This document shows positions 37,801 to 49,509 of a stretch of DNA of 64,000 nucleotides, piece by piece. Numbering within the stretch: the first letter of the stretch is position 1; each line of letters starts with the position of its first letter. Under the pieces are notes generated by a model. That model was not told the origin of the DNA. It saw only the letters and a list, made by a program, of their open reading frames with translations, and did not search any database. The translations under genes and the position numbers were made by a program. This stretch comes from Nageia nagi (Eukaryota > Plantae > Pinophyta): assembly GCA_050084985.1 (NCBI GenBank), contig JBITNC010000002.1, positions 36,332,001-36,396,000 of the forward strand, read 5' to 3'.

Positions 37801-38874
37801 ATGCTGTCCCTATTCTACGTAGATAACTCACTACTTTGTTCTCTACCTACCTCCTTCGAATTGAGTATACACCATCACAACAAATATAAACAACAATCAT
37901 AGTTGAACCAAATCGATTTACAGTTCCCAGCATCCTTAGAGTTGAACCAGATTGATTTACTGTCATTACGTTGAACTAGACTGCATTTCGAGGTGATATT
38001 TTATCAAACAATTCACTGTCAACGTTCTTTCAGGACACTGATCCATCACAACATTCTATGAAGAAGCCTGGTGATGACTATGACTGAAACAAAGCCTTCA
38101 ACGAATGAAATCAGGGTAGTCTTTCGCTACTTCTCAAGCTTACCCGCCTTCCTTCTACTTCGTGTGGGTCTTTCCTCCTAATGGTGCATTGTTTGCAAAC
38201 GCCAGCCAACAATGGTCTTATTGAGTCAGATAATTCATAGCGCAAGACTGCAGTTGATGATGCATTTTGTCAAACAGTTAAGACTCCTCAAGTCAAGTCG
38301 CACCTCAAGGTGTCGTTTCGTCGAACAAGTCTTAGCCTTATAACAAAGCATGCTCTTTTCTCATACTATGACCTGCGATGAGGGAGTAGAACACATACAA
38401 AGGTTTTGCTATCATCGTTCAATCCCAAAAGTATCTTTAATGCATCTATCACAATGCTCACCCACTGCATATTCTACGCACACCGCTGGCAGTTGTTCTA
38501 TTGAAAACAGTCTTCTCAACTTCGCACTGGCACACATCTCTACACGGTTTCACATAGTTTGCTGGCAGTGTGAAATTCACAACCACAACTCAGGATGAAA
38601 AATAATTTTAACTACTCTTTGTGTATCTTTTCTATGCTTGTCAATCTTTCACCTTTTGCATACATGCACCATGCAACTTCCATCAGACTCTCATAGCCAG
38701 ATCCTTCTGTGTTTTTTACCTCAACTACTGACAATTTCATATAACTTCATAAGATGATTCAAAGCACTATGCTACCCTCAGGAAGATCTCCTCTTCTGAA
38801 CAATGATCTACTTTCTACAAACATTCATAGGTTATTAAACTCAACAATGGATTCTTCTTGCTCTGACACCAAAA

Positions 38875-39335
38875 TGAACTATTATGATTAACCATAAAAT
38901 AAGAACAATCTCACAGATTATTATACAATCACAATACATTCATCATATATCAACATTTAAGAAATGGAGACATTTACAAATCTTCAAAAAACATGAGAAT
39001 GGATCTAAAAGAAGCTTTATTCCAGAACTAAATGAAGAGATACATTACAACATGGTTTTATTGAAACCCTCATGCTGCAACAACAGGTATGGATCTTTTA
39101 TAGATCCAATACAAATCATGCTCCATTGTTCACTCTCCTCCATCCTATCTCACACTAAATCAACATCTTTTATTTAAACTTCTAATACAAAACCGAATAC
39201 AATATTCCTTAACCTAACTACTAAAAACTACTAAAACTACTCCACACATTTGAGACGTGGAATTTATTCAATTAAATAATATGAAATATTAAAATATTGT
39301 CCAACACCTAAACACCTAAAGATTTATTTCCTAAA
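38875..39335 (-). repeat. 5' LTR (461 bp)
   Basis: TGAACTATTATGA...TTTCCTAAA; adjacent to the PBS and the TSD. Confidence 0.9.
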
Positions 39336-40479
39336 TGAGTTCTTCATATTGCAATTGAGTTAGGTCTTCATCAAGGAATACTTTAGCCAAGAGGTTGAAT
39401 GATTTCCTCTTGGCTTGTAAAGCTTGTAAGTATTCCCCTACTAACTGGAAGCAAATAATAAGAGTCTCATATGGGGTAGTCCAAGCTTTATCAAGGGTGA
39501 TATCTTTCAAGTATAAGGCCTCATGTAGGAAATCATGGCTAGAATATAATGGGTTGACTATTTTTGTAAAACTATGAACCTGGAGATTGAGTTCTTTAGT
39601 GTGACATATTTTCCTCTTCAAATTTTGCGTGTATTGTCATTTCAATCAATAGTAATGTTTTCTTTCCTATAATAATATATGCCCATGATTTTTGTTCCTC
39701 TACCTATTTCTAGTTGGATTGTTGTTGGGTGGTGTTCTCCTATTTGAGATGTTTATGTTCTATTAGAATATTAGATTGTTTAGTCTTAATTTCAAAAATT
39801 ACATCTTGGAGAAGTTGTGGGATCTTTTTTGTAGAAGGAATTTGAGAGTGTTCAAGCTAGCTCATTCTATCCTTCAATTATGAGGTAAGGGAATTTGTAC
39901 CATCCAACTATTATTTGGATTGTATCATAGAGATATATTTTTCTAGTTAAATGATTTTCTCAACTTGTGTGGTTATAACCGTTCGTTGTTCTTGAACAAT
40001 TAGAGAGAGGTTAGAGACTAATAACTCAAGCGAGTCAATTCTTGATTTCAACACCTTGTTAAGGCCATGCACTCCATCTAATGAGATCCTAAATTCTTAT
40101 GTGAGTTCTTGTTCAATTATGTTCAAGCCATATATGAGATCAACATCATTAACATCTCCATTTTTTCTTTTGTGGGGGTATATTTGTTGAATTCAAAAGA
40201 CTAAATTATATTTCCAATGCTAGCACACTTTAGGCCATCGTTCCTTGATCAAGAACATCTCTTTATCTTAGAGGAAAAAAGTTGACAACCTTTAGTTGAG
40301 GAGAAATAAAATTGGGTTCAAATATATAAAACCCTTAAGCCACTCATGGTTTTAAAATTTTTTATGAGACCTTTCCTTTTGTATTAATTTATATTTTAAG
40401 AATAAAATATAAATCTAAATAGAATAAAACTTTACATTTGAATTTTAGATTTAAATTTAAGTTTTAAAATCTACCATTT

Positions 40480-41490
40480 ACTACAGGGTGGAGGTTAGGG
40501 AAGAAATGGGGGTGAAAGTTAACTTGATTATTTGATACTATGACAACCTAATTTCATTACTTTGATGTATAGCTACCCTAAATCTTTGTTAATATTCTCA
40601 ATTTGTTTTAATGTGCTCTAAGGAACCCCTTCATAGTATTTGGATTACATAAAAAGGGACAAGAAATCAGGGGATCAAAGGTCTCAATGAGAAAGCACTA
40701 TTATCAATATCTCCACTTAGGAACATAATGCACAAGATGCTAACATGGAAGAATATCAAGCCCCAACATAATTTAGGATTAGGGACATTAGTAGCTTCTA
40801 CAAGAACCTTGGTAAGGCACCATAGAAAGGAATCTTAAAAAAGAGTAAACAAAGTCAAGAAATCAGGGTTGAAAAAATCGATGGTCACAAATTGCACTCT
40901 AACTAATGATTAGGGATTGCACTCCAAGCAACAGGAGAATCCAAGTTACTTTATGGAATTTGCAGGAAGCCCAATTAAACCAATGAGGAAGCTGCTTAGT
41001 GTGAAAATTCACAATGAAATGTTGCAGGAAGGAATAAAAAATAAAGGATGATGGAGTGAAAAATATGAAAACTTGGGACCAAAGCCAAGCTTCAAATAGG
41101 CCATGTTAAAAAGAACCTATGTGAGGTTTTACAAAATAACTTCTTTGATCAAGGCTTCTTGGCTGAATAGTCACCATAGGTAAAAGATAAGAAAAATGCA
41201 ACGGTTTGGGGGAATCTTATTTTTATTTGTTTGTATGTTTGGAGTGAAGACTAAATTTTAATGGCTCCCTCTGCTATTCTAGTAGATATATTATCTTTAG
41301 TCTCAAGTGTCTATGGTAGATAAATGTTTACAGTCTTTTAATGTAGATCTTATTTGAAAGCTCTTTTTCTATACATTTAAAAGGAGGCATATACGATAGA
41401 ATCTTTTGAATAATGGACTAGATGCAAATATAGATGTATGAGTTTCGGGAAGACCCTTAGAAACTTCCCATTTTTTTATTAATAAAAAAA
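40480..41490 (+). mobile_element. 5'-truncated L1 3' end with decayed RNase H-like domain and A tail
   Basis: TTTAATGTGCTCTAAGGAACCCC (~40607-40630) resembles decayed FDGASKGNP. T-rich 3' UTR ends TTAATAAAAAAA at ~41479-41490, similar in layout to the L1 end at 12430-12487. Confidence 0.5.
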
Positions 41491-41610
41491 TTACCTATTA
41501 ATAAAATATAAAAATACCATTTAAACTTTAATCTTAAATTTAAATTGAAAATTGAAAAGTGGAGTAGTATTTTGTGGGCTCCACTTATTCAATAAGTTTG
41601 ACCTTGAAGG

Positions 41611-41810
41611 CACTACACATGAGGTGTATGGATGGAGTCGCTACACCAAAAAAGACCTTTAATGATAATCAATTCACAATGGTTCTTTTATGACGGTTAA
41701 AAATCACCTTAAAAAACCCTTAAGATAATGACTTTTTACAATTGTTTAAAACTACCCTATAAAAATCCTAAGATGATAATTTAAAACCATTATAAAATCA
41801 CCTTAAATAA
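41611..41810 (+). mobile_element. CACTA-like terminus with subterminal repeats
   Basis: CACTACAC at 41611 and CGCTACACCAAAAAAGACCTTTAATGA at 41639, followed by direct and inverted repeats TTTTATGACGGTT (41686-41698) and AAACCATTATAAAA (41784-41797). No partner TIR found in the window. Confidence 0.5.
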
Positions 41811-41934
41811 TAAAAAGCAAGAAGAATTCTTATGAATTCTAATTTTCATTTCATCACTAGTTTGCATTGGGAATCCATCTGTATTTTGATTTTCTTTTTT
41901 AATTTTCATGATAATACACTTCCCTCCACAAATA

Positions 41935-42360
41935 TGCATGATGTAAATATAGTTTCATGGATTTCAATGATTACATGATATGGACAAAAAAGGGTTTTTA
42001 GATACTTTTAAGCAAATGCAATTGTCAAGTATAGAGACAAAATCTGTAATCTTTACCGATATTCTTCCAACACATGCCACCATGGGAGCTCTAGAAGGTA
42101 TGAACATCCATCAAGGAGTAGTTGAAAATTATTTTCATCAATGTTATGGTTGTGAGAACTCTAATATCCATGTATGCAAAATGTAGAAGAATACACAAGG
42201 CCTTAGAACTATTTGACAAGATACATGATGTAAATATAATTTCATGGATTGCAATGATCATAGGATATACATAAAATTAGTTTTCTAAAAAGGCTCTATA
42301 TACCTTTAAGAAAATGTAATTATCAAGTGTAAAGCCAAAATCTATAACTTTTGCATCTAT
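41935..42360 (+). pseudogene. PLS-class pentatricopeptide repeat (PPR) gene fragment
   Basis: MHDVNIVSWISMIT*YGQ...LDTFKQMQLSSI...ILPTHATMGALEGMNIHQ...TLISMYAKCRRIHKALELFDKIHDVNIISWIAMIIGY...ALYTFKKM*LSSVKPKSITFAS; contains stops and frameshifts. Confidence 0.9.
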
Positions 42361-42519
42361 ATAGACATATTGGATTTATCTAGTTCAAAATGTAATGATG
42401 TTATGATTGCAATCTTAAGCCATGTTGAGAATTAATGATGATCTGATAATGAAGGCAAGCATTGTTCTAAAGAAAATCAATAATAGAAATACCATGTGAA
42501 GAATTTGAATCAATGTATA

Positions 42520-42890
42520 TTAACCTATCCCCCCCACTCCCTTGCACAATATAAAATTAAGGAAGCAACAACTAGTAGATCCTTGATCCATGAATCCAAA
42601 GGCTTCCCCATATAGTAGACAATAAAATTTATCTTCCTCAAGTCCTCCACCATTTACCATATTCCTCCCATTTAATAAGAATGAAATATTATCCATATTT
42701 TCATAAATCTTATTATAATCCAACCCCTTAAACTCATCCCATTGGGTCAAAATACACACCCCATGCACATTTTTAGTATCATCATAGGCATCCCACATGA
42801 CCTCCACTTGCTTGGAGGCAGTGGGGTTGGAAGGCATAAGATGCTGAGGATGGTCCAAATCAAACTTGTTCATGGAAATACCTCTCCAAG
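42520..42890 (-). pseudogene. UGD: UDP-glucose 6-dehydrogenase C-terminal fragment plus short 3' flank
   Basis: SMNKFDLDHPQHLMPSNPTASKQVEVMWDAYDDTKNVHGVCILTQWDEFKGLDYNKIYENM...NGRNMV, then after a frameshift LRKINFIVYYMGKPLDSWIKDL. This matches the plant UGD C-terminus (KFDWDHP.HLQP.SP...WDAY.A.KDAH...LTEWDEFK...FDGRN...GFIVYSIGKPLD.WLKD). Confidence 0.92.
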
Positions 42891-43031
42891 GTTTTAGAGA
42901 ATTTTAAGAAAATGCAATTGTTAGGAGTAAAGCTAGACTTTGCAACCTTTGCCAGCATTCTTCCAACATGTGCCACCATGGGAGATCTAGAAGGTATGGA
43001 CATCCATCAAAGAGTAGTTAAAATTGGTTTA
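42890..43031 (+). pseudogene. Second PPR fragment, paralogous to 41990-42135
   Basis: VLENFKKMQLLGVKLDFATFASILPTCATMGDLEGMDIHQRVVKIGF. Confidence 0.88.
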
Positions 43032-43039
43032 AAATTTTT

Positions 43040-44860
43040 TCAATCTAACAACAACTTCCAATGAATCCCAAAGAGATTATGCTTATATCCTTATGTGCCA
43101 TCTATGTACTAAAAGATATTAGACCAAAGATTAATTGAAGGATATAATGTTATACCTTCAATTTATATTTGATTATTGTATATCTAAGTACCAATACCAC
43201 CAAATGCATTTACTTATAAGTTGCTTGAGAATTTGAGAGATAAGAGAGGGTAGATATTCAAATCAAAACCTATTGATATCATATGATGTAGGATTCTACT
43301 TAGGAGCTCGATAATGTGGAATATTATAAAAGCCAATAGGGGATAGCATCAAGTTCAACTAGGATGAGGGAATGAGGGAAAATTCTTTTTTCTCAAATGA
43401 ATCTTGAAATCATATTGACCAAAACCCTCTTAATCTAGGCCCAATTAGAGTTTCTTGAGCTAGGTCCCCAAACTTCAGATATATGATGCAAAATTAGAGA
43501 AACAAGTGTATGGAAGAGTTTAATATTTTCTATTATATCTTAAATTTGGATTTGAAATATTATTTGTTGAGTGAGATAGATGTACCATAGGATTTATTCA
43601 ATCTCTTATGAGAAGTTTGAATCAATATGATTAACTCAATAGGTTGTCCTTGAAAAGTAAGGTGGATTTTGGAAGCATTTTTTCTTGACATGTTAAAGGA
43701 TACCATCTTGCCTTTTCGAGATTAACTTCTCCAAATTAACATGGTGGAAGTTGGTGAGATGTTTATTTAAGTTTCATGTGTATATTTGCTAAGATTATGG
43801 TCGAAGCAGATGTGGGGAGTAATGAGACAAAGAGAGGGGATGTGAGTAGGGAGGCATATGGTAAGTGGAAGGAAAAGGATGAGATAATAATAATTAGACA
43901 GAGGTGGAGTATCAAAGATACTAAAATCAATAATATAAAAGGAAATAAGGAGATATACTAGAGTATAATTGACCACATTAGTACCACCAACAAAAGCAAA
44001 ATAAGTAGAATGTTTGGATTACAAAATTGAGAAATCCCATTTAGGATTATCAAGCCATGCACTTCAACTAAATTGAGAAAGTATTTCCCTAAGGGGTGAT
44101 GCTTTTCATAATATCATCTAATTTTCATGTTAGACCTAAATCAAGATCAGCATCCAACAATCGAAGAGGATATAAAGGAATATCATATAAGCAATATTGC
44201 ATATGCATGTCCATGCATTGAAGTCCCCTAATAACATGATATGAACTAATAGGTAAAATCTAGAGATATTAGGATGAATATCCAGGTAGGATGAGTCACA
44301 ATCATATATGATAGAATGCAATGAGAAACTAGAAGGAAAATAACATATAGCAATGTAAATACATCGAAACATTGGCTTCCTATAAAGAGAAATTCATATG
44401 TATCTAACATGGAGATTTAAGCATTCTAAACTAATGCATGAAGTCAAGAACTCATGATATAAGCAAGTGATACCCCCATATCTATTGATACCCCTTCAAA
44501 AGTATCCTATTTATAACCATAAAGCCAAGAATAACCTATATAGGATGGTAGTGGTTTCATATATGTTTCATGTGTTTTAGTAAGAAGGATGAGATCGCTA
44601 TCACCAATTAAATTATTCAATGAACCTAGAAAAGAGAACAAAGAGCCACCACAATTTCATTTGATAATTTTAACATGAGATTGAATACCTAATGCCTGAT
44701 GTCATGTTGATGTGGGCTAAGGTTTAGTCCATCCCAAAGGAGGACTATCACATATTCAAACTCTACTGCTTCAAAGAATAGCCCATTTGCCTCAATTTTT
44801 TTGGCTTCAATCATTTATATTTTCATTACTTTTGAGTTTTTCATATTGTAAATCTCTTGG
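43040..44860 (-). mobile_element. Second copy of the RTE/RTEX-like LINE family, with the RT core deleted
   Basis: 43745-44855 is colinear with 27035-28087 plus 39341-39360 (YIAICYFP, LLGDFNA in ORF 44136-44372). 43250-43730 is colinear with ~25290-25800. Confidence 0.8.
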
Positions 44861-44879
44861 ATAGTAATAAATTATTTAC

Positions 44880-47510
44880 CTAGAAGATAAAGGTGAAGTT
44901 GGTCTTAACTATTCAAAATTTATTGCATACTATTATGGAGACCAATAAAATGATTACAAAGGAGAATAATGAAATTACATGGATGATTTTGGTAATGAAC
45001 ATGAAATTGGAGTTACAATATAGGGCCAATGAGAATACATCCAAGCCCAAAGAACCATGGAAAATGTTGAATGAGGTATTTAACAAAGCTTCAAATAAAA
45101 GGATTTCCAAGTTCTATAAGAGATTACTTCTATCTATCTTTAATATTTGAACTCAATGACTATATTTTTTAGTATAATTTTTCATTTACAATCTTGTATT
45201 AAAATTGTAAGAGGTGAAGAGACAAATGAAAAGAAAATTATTGAGAGTATTGTTGACAATTTGCATAAGTAGTCTTGGGCATTTGGTGTTCATTTTGTAT
45301 ACCAATTTAAAGATTGACATTCTTAAATAGTTTATTTAATAACTCATTTAAGATAAGGTTGGTAGGGGTATTTAAACTCTAGGCAAGAGTAAAGCTCTTT
45401 TGGTGAAAGAGGATGAGGGTAAGGCTCAAAGCAAAGGAAAAAAGAAGGACCAAGATAAAAGAATAACAATTGACCTAAGGAAAAGAAAGGATGTTATTAC
45501 TATAGCAAGCCAAATCATGGGGAGTGTTGGATGAAAATGAAGGAGATTAAAAAGGAGAAAGAGACTTCAAAGGGTGGATCTTCCTAAGGGATTAGTCTAA
45601 TGGTGTTATGATAGAAATGACCTTTAATGAGGAGGAGGCAACATGTTTTATTCCTATATAGCTAGAAATTTTTCTTCCAATAAGGATTGGTGCATTAATT
45701 TAGGTGCTTCTTACCATATGACTATGAACAAGAGTTCATTTTCTAACTATGAGCATGGTGAGAATGGTAGCTACATTGTGAGAATATTCAATGATTAATG
45801 TATTATAGTTACTAGAACTAGATATGTGAAGCATAAGTATGGGTAGATTCAAGATTTATTTTATGTGCTAAGATTGGAAGTCAATTTTTTATTTATGAAT
45901 CAATTAACTCAAGGTGGGAAGAAAGTGAAGTTCTTCAGTGATATAGTCTACACCAAGGATGCAAGGAACAACTACAAATTCATTTGTATTAGAGGTTACT
46001 TTAAACAATATAACAAAAAGTTTTTATGAATTTCTTACAAAGAAAAATGATGTGAGAAAGTTATGGTATTTGAGGATGATGTAAACAAGTTTTGGTATTT
46101 GAGAATGAGACACTTGATCCATGGATCACTTTATTTTATAAGTAAATAGGATTTCTGAAAGGTATAACTTTATTGATTTACCCTCCTAGTGGTGTTTTTG
46201 AAGGTTGTATGCTCAACAAACATAATAAGGAATTATTTTAAGTTGACAAAGTGAATTTGTCTAGTTGATTCATTTATATTTATGTAGCCCATAAGTGTGA
46301 CTTCATATGGTGGATCTAGACACATTTTGTCTTTAATGATCACTCAAAAGGTATAGGTTCACTTTTTGAAATCTAAGAGTGATGTTTTATAACACTTTAA
46401 TATACTAAGGCTATGGTAGATAAATAATGTGTTAGATTCATTACAATTTCGAAGATTAATAATGAGGATGAATATCTAAGCAATGATTTTGATTCCTTTT
46501 GTGAGAAACATGAAATTATAGAACAAAGTATAATGTCCTATATTCCACTGAAAAATTGGGTAGCCAAGAAGAAGAATAGGGTGCTTATTGAGATGACTAG
46601 ATATTTTCTTCATGGAAGGAATATTGATTGAGATTATTAAGTGAAGCTCTTGCATGTACATGCTATATAGTGAACCACTCATCTATTAAGGCCTTGAGAG
46701 GCAAGACACTAAAAGAGAAGTGGAATGGAATTACACTAAATATGAATCACTTGTGAGTATTTAGTTGTGATGATTGGGAACATATTCCAAATAAGAGGAG
46801 AACCGAATTACTACAAAAGAGTAAAAAGTACATATTTGTGGGGTGTATTGAAGTATACAAAGGATATAGGATTTGAGATACAATAACATAAAGGATTGTT
46901 GATAGTAGAGATGTAAGGTTTGATGAGAGAACCCTTTCTACTTGTGGATAGTGAACATCATGATTTGCATCAAGTGTGCATAGTGAACATCATGATAGGC
47001 ATGGTAATGGAGATATTAAAGGGATATTCATTTTGAGCATTAAGATGATAATGAAGATGGTGATATTTACTTGGAAGGAAAGAATAATTATTCTCATAAT
47101 GATGATGTATATGGTGATATTTACTTGGATGTTCATATTATTGATGCTCACAAATGATCATGGAGATGGCTTTCTTAACTTGTATGGTAAGAATATTGAT
47201 TCTCACAATGATGGTGGTGATGATTTGGTTTATCATGGAGAGAAAAATATTGATAATCATGTTTACACTACTAATTAAATGGTAAAATAATATTTAAATA
47301 GATTATTAGGGCCTAAATGCCTTAGGTCTACTTTGAGGGATTCTTCGTGAGTCATTGGACTTATATAATGTTGATTAGGAGTCATAGAAATATTCATAAG
47401 ATAAATTTTGCACTCACGGCTAATATTAATAGAGGGAATAATCCTTATACTTTCAATTAGGCTCATGTAAAAGTGGGATTTTCTTATGAAAAATGAGTGT
47501 GATGCTCTTA
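44880..47510 (+). mobile_element. Degenerate Ty1/Copia internal region (gag, zinc knuckle, protease, integrase), cut before RT
   Basis: CYYYSKPNH..ECW (~45492-45530), DWCINLGASYHMT (~45685-45723), FWYLRMRH (~46090), NWVAKKKNR (~46554-46580), YIFVG and SRDVRFDE (~46829-46927), W...MKNECDAL (~47475-47509). Confidence 0.85.
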
Positions 47511-47511
47511 A

Positions 47512-49073
47512 TGCTCGTTTAATCCTAAACTTGCACTATAGAGGAAAGGTAGAAGTGGTTACCAAGGTTCATAAAGATTCTATGTATGCTATCTTTTATA
47601 AGCATACCAATCCTTGAAATCCTCCACATAACATGGGGACATCCCAATAAATACAAACTCAAATGAATCCTTCATGAAGGGTTTTAGGTACCTAAGGCAT
47701 TATCCCATATTTGGGAATCTCACCTAGTGAAGAGCCTTTAGTAGTGTGACATAGTAGAGATACACAAATATGTATTTTTGAAAAACCTTATTAGGGTTTT
47801 ACCATGTTAGAGAGACTATGGTAGCCTTTGCTTTATGTATATGTTATGCATTGCAACATATGTGAATACCTTAAAATCTCAACACATCAAATACTCAAAC
47901 CACTCATGAATATTCCAAGATCCAAAGAATTCAATACTAAATTTTCCTATGTTATATTGTGACAAAATGATAAAAGCAAAGTGTAAGATGATCCTTGACC
48001 TTTAATGATATCAATTTATTTTCAAATATGAAAAGGAAATATCAATAAGGAAAGGGGACCTCAAATCACAAGTCTTTAATACCTTGTGATTGTCCAAAGT
48101 GGGATGAAACCCCAACTCTACAAGGTTGTAGATCCCCTTAGTCCATAATCACATGGATGCTCATAAATATTTTCATGCCTAAAATACAAATGTGTATTCT
48201 AGACTCACAAATATAAGTGTTAAATTCTTGAACAATGATAATTGACAAATGATATGATAGATCTATGCTAAATTGACAAGTGACATACAAGATTTGGCAA
48301 ATATAAATGACATGTGCAAAGATTGAACTAAATAAGAAAGTAAGACAATGTAGATGACAAATGCAAAGCTAAAATTAATAGATCTAAGCTAAGAATTATA
48401 AATGAAGCAATAAAGATTGACACCCTAGGGTTTGGACCTTAAAGGTCAAAACCGTAGACTTAAACCCTAGGATGTATTAGCCTAATTAATACTTAAATGT
48501 CATACAAGATGCAATTGGTAATTATGATAAAAGGATACAAGCTTCAATTAATGATGGATGAATTTTCAAATCTAAAATAAACATGAAAAGACATCATTAA
48601 TTATCTCAAATCAAACATCAAATGATAAGTAATACCTTAATCCATTTGTGATGGAGAATCATGCTCAAATATTGAAGAGGAATGTTCTTGATTTGGTAAG
48701 CCTTTCACAACAATCTCCAAATGCTCATGTACAGTCATTGGAAAATATAGAGATTACAGAATATGTACAAGTCAAGGCACAAAAATCAAATAAAAAGATT
48801 AGAATGTGTGCCAATCAAATTTTATAATACTCAGTCAAAATCATTGTGATGACTATGACATCTGTAGGGTTGTTCAGGTGACTGACAAGTCATCTAAGTG
48901 ACTAGTACCAAAGAGTGTTAGCAAAATAAAAGGCCTATACCAAGTCAATCAATCTAATTGATGGACCTACAAAATAAACATTAGTACAACATGATAATAT
49001 AATAGATGATATACATAAAAAATATCTATGTAACCCGATCAACGATGCAAGATGCATTTTTAGGGTGTTTACA
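47512..49073 (-). repeat. 3' LTR of the Tat/Ogre-like element (~1.56 kb; left edge approximate)
   Basis: Right end GTTTACA is adjacent to the PPT; two segments recur at 60663-61245; Copia similarity stops at ~47510. Confidence 0.7.
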
Positions 49074-49388
49074 ATTGCCCTTTTTATGCTAAGCTCCAAA
49101 CCTATGAGAAGCTTAGTACAAAAATATATGAAATGATAAGTGATAAATGATAATAAAATAATCAGGATGAGAGCTAGTTTCAGCACATGATAGGTTGTAT
49201 AAGATCATCCTAACCACTCAACCCTAGTCTAGTTTTAGCACTTGATAGGTCGCATAAGAGAAAATTGGATCTCATGATAATAGTCTTGTGATAAAATTTG
49301 ATAGTGGATCAAGTGACTAATGAATAATAAAGTGAAAATTGAATCTAATCTAATCTAAGTGCTTGAAATGGGAATGATCTCTAATTTT

Positions 49389-49509
49389 CCTTGATAGTTA
49401 AAGGTTGTGATCTCTACTTTGCCCTAGCAACTAAAGGGTGTCTATGCTCTGCCTTGATAGTTAAAGGCTGTGATCTCTACTTTGCCCTAGCAACTAAAGG
49501 GTGTCTATG
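49389..49509. repeat. 63-bp-period tandem repeat in the 3' UTR of the Tat/Ogre-like element
   Basis: CCTTGATAGTTAAAGG(T/C)TGTGATCTCTACTTTGCCCTAGCAACTAAAGGGTGTCTATG at 49389-49446 and 49452-49509. Confidence 0.9.

Larger units (their letters stand above)
28088..39335 (-). mobile_element. Copia-derived non-autonomous LTR retrotransposon (~4.7 kb without nested inserts); LTRs 28088-28519 and 38875-39335
   Basis: Paired diverged LTRs; 5-bp TSD TGAGT (28083-28087 and 39336-39340); PBS (plus GCTCTGACACCA, 38860-38871); PPT (plus TTCTTCCCCTT, 28520-28530); Copia Gag N-terminus FDGENFQFWKIKMETWL...MEKGYEEP at ~37080-37205. Confidence 0.9.
24380..40300 (-). mobile_element. Near full-length degenerate LINE (RTE/RTEX-like), split at 28087/39336 by an LTR element; outer boundaries approximate
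   Basis: RT motifs: LFVDDIILL (~25870-25897), QGYPFSPTLFGLYIDEL (~25970-26020), NNYRTIMVTH (~26391-26420). Endonuclease: LIILNG/NVINYAI (ORF 27034-27333), YIAICYFP (~27590-27615). ORF1 remnant KVFLDEDLTQLQYEEL (ORF 39331-39621) rejoins across the TSD. Confidence 0.8.

Noticed and set aside
42520-42873. Functional UGD gene
   Set aside because: Only the C-terminal part is present, frameshifted, with conserved residues altered and no upstream exons.
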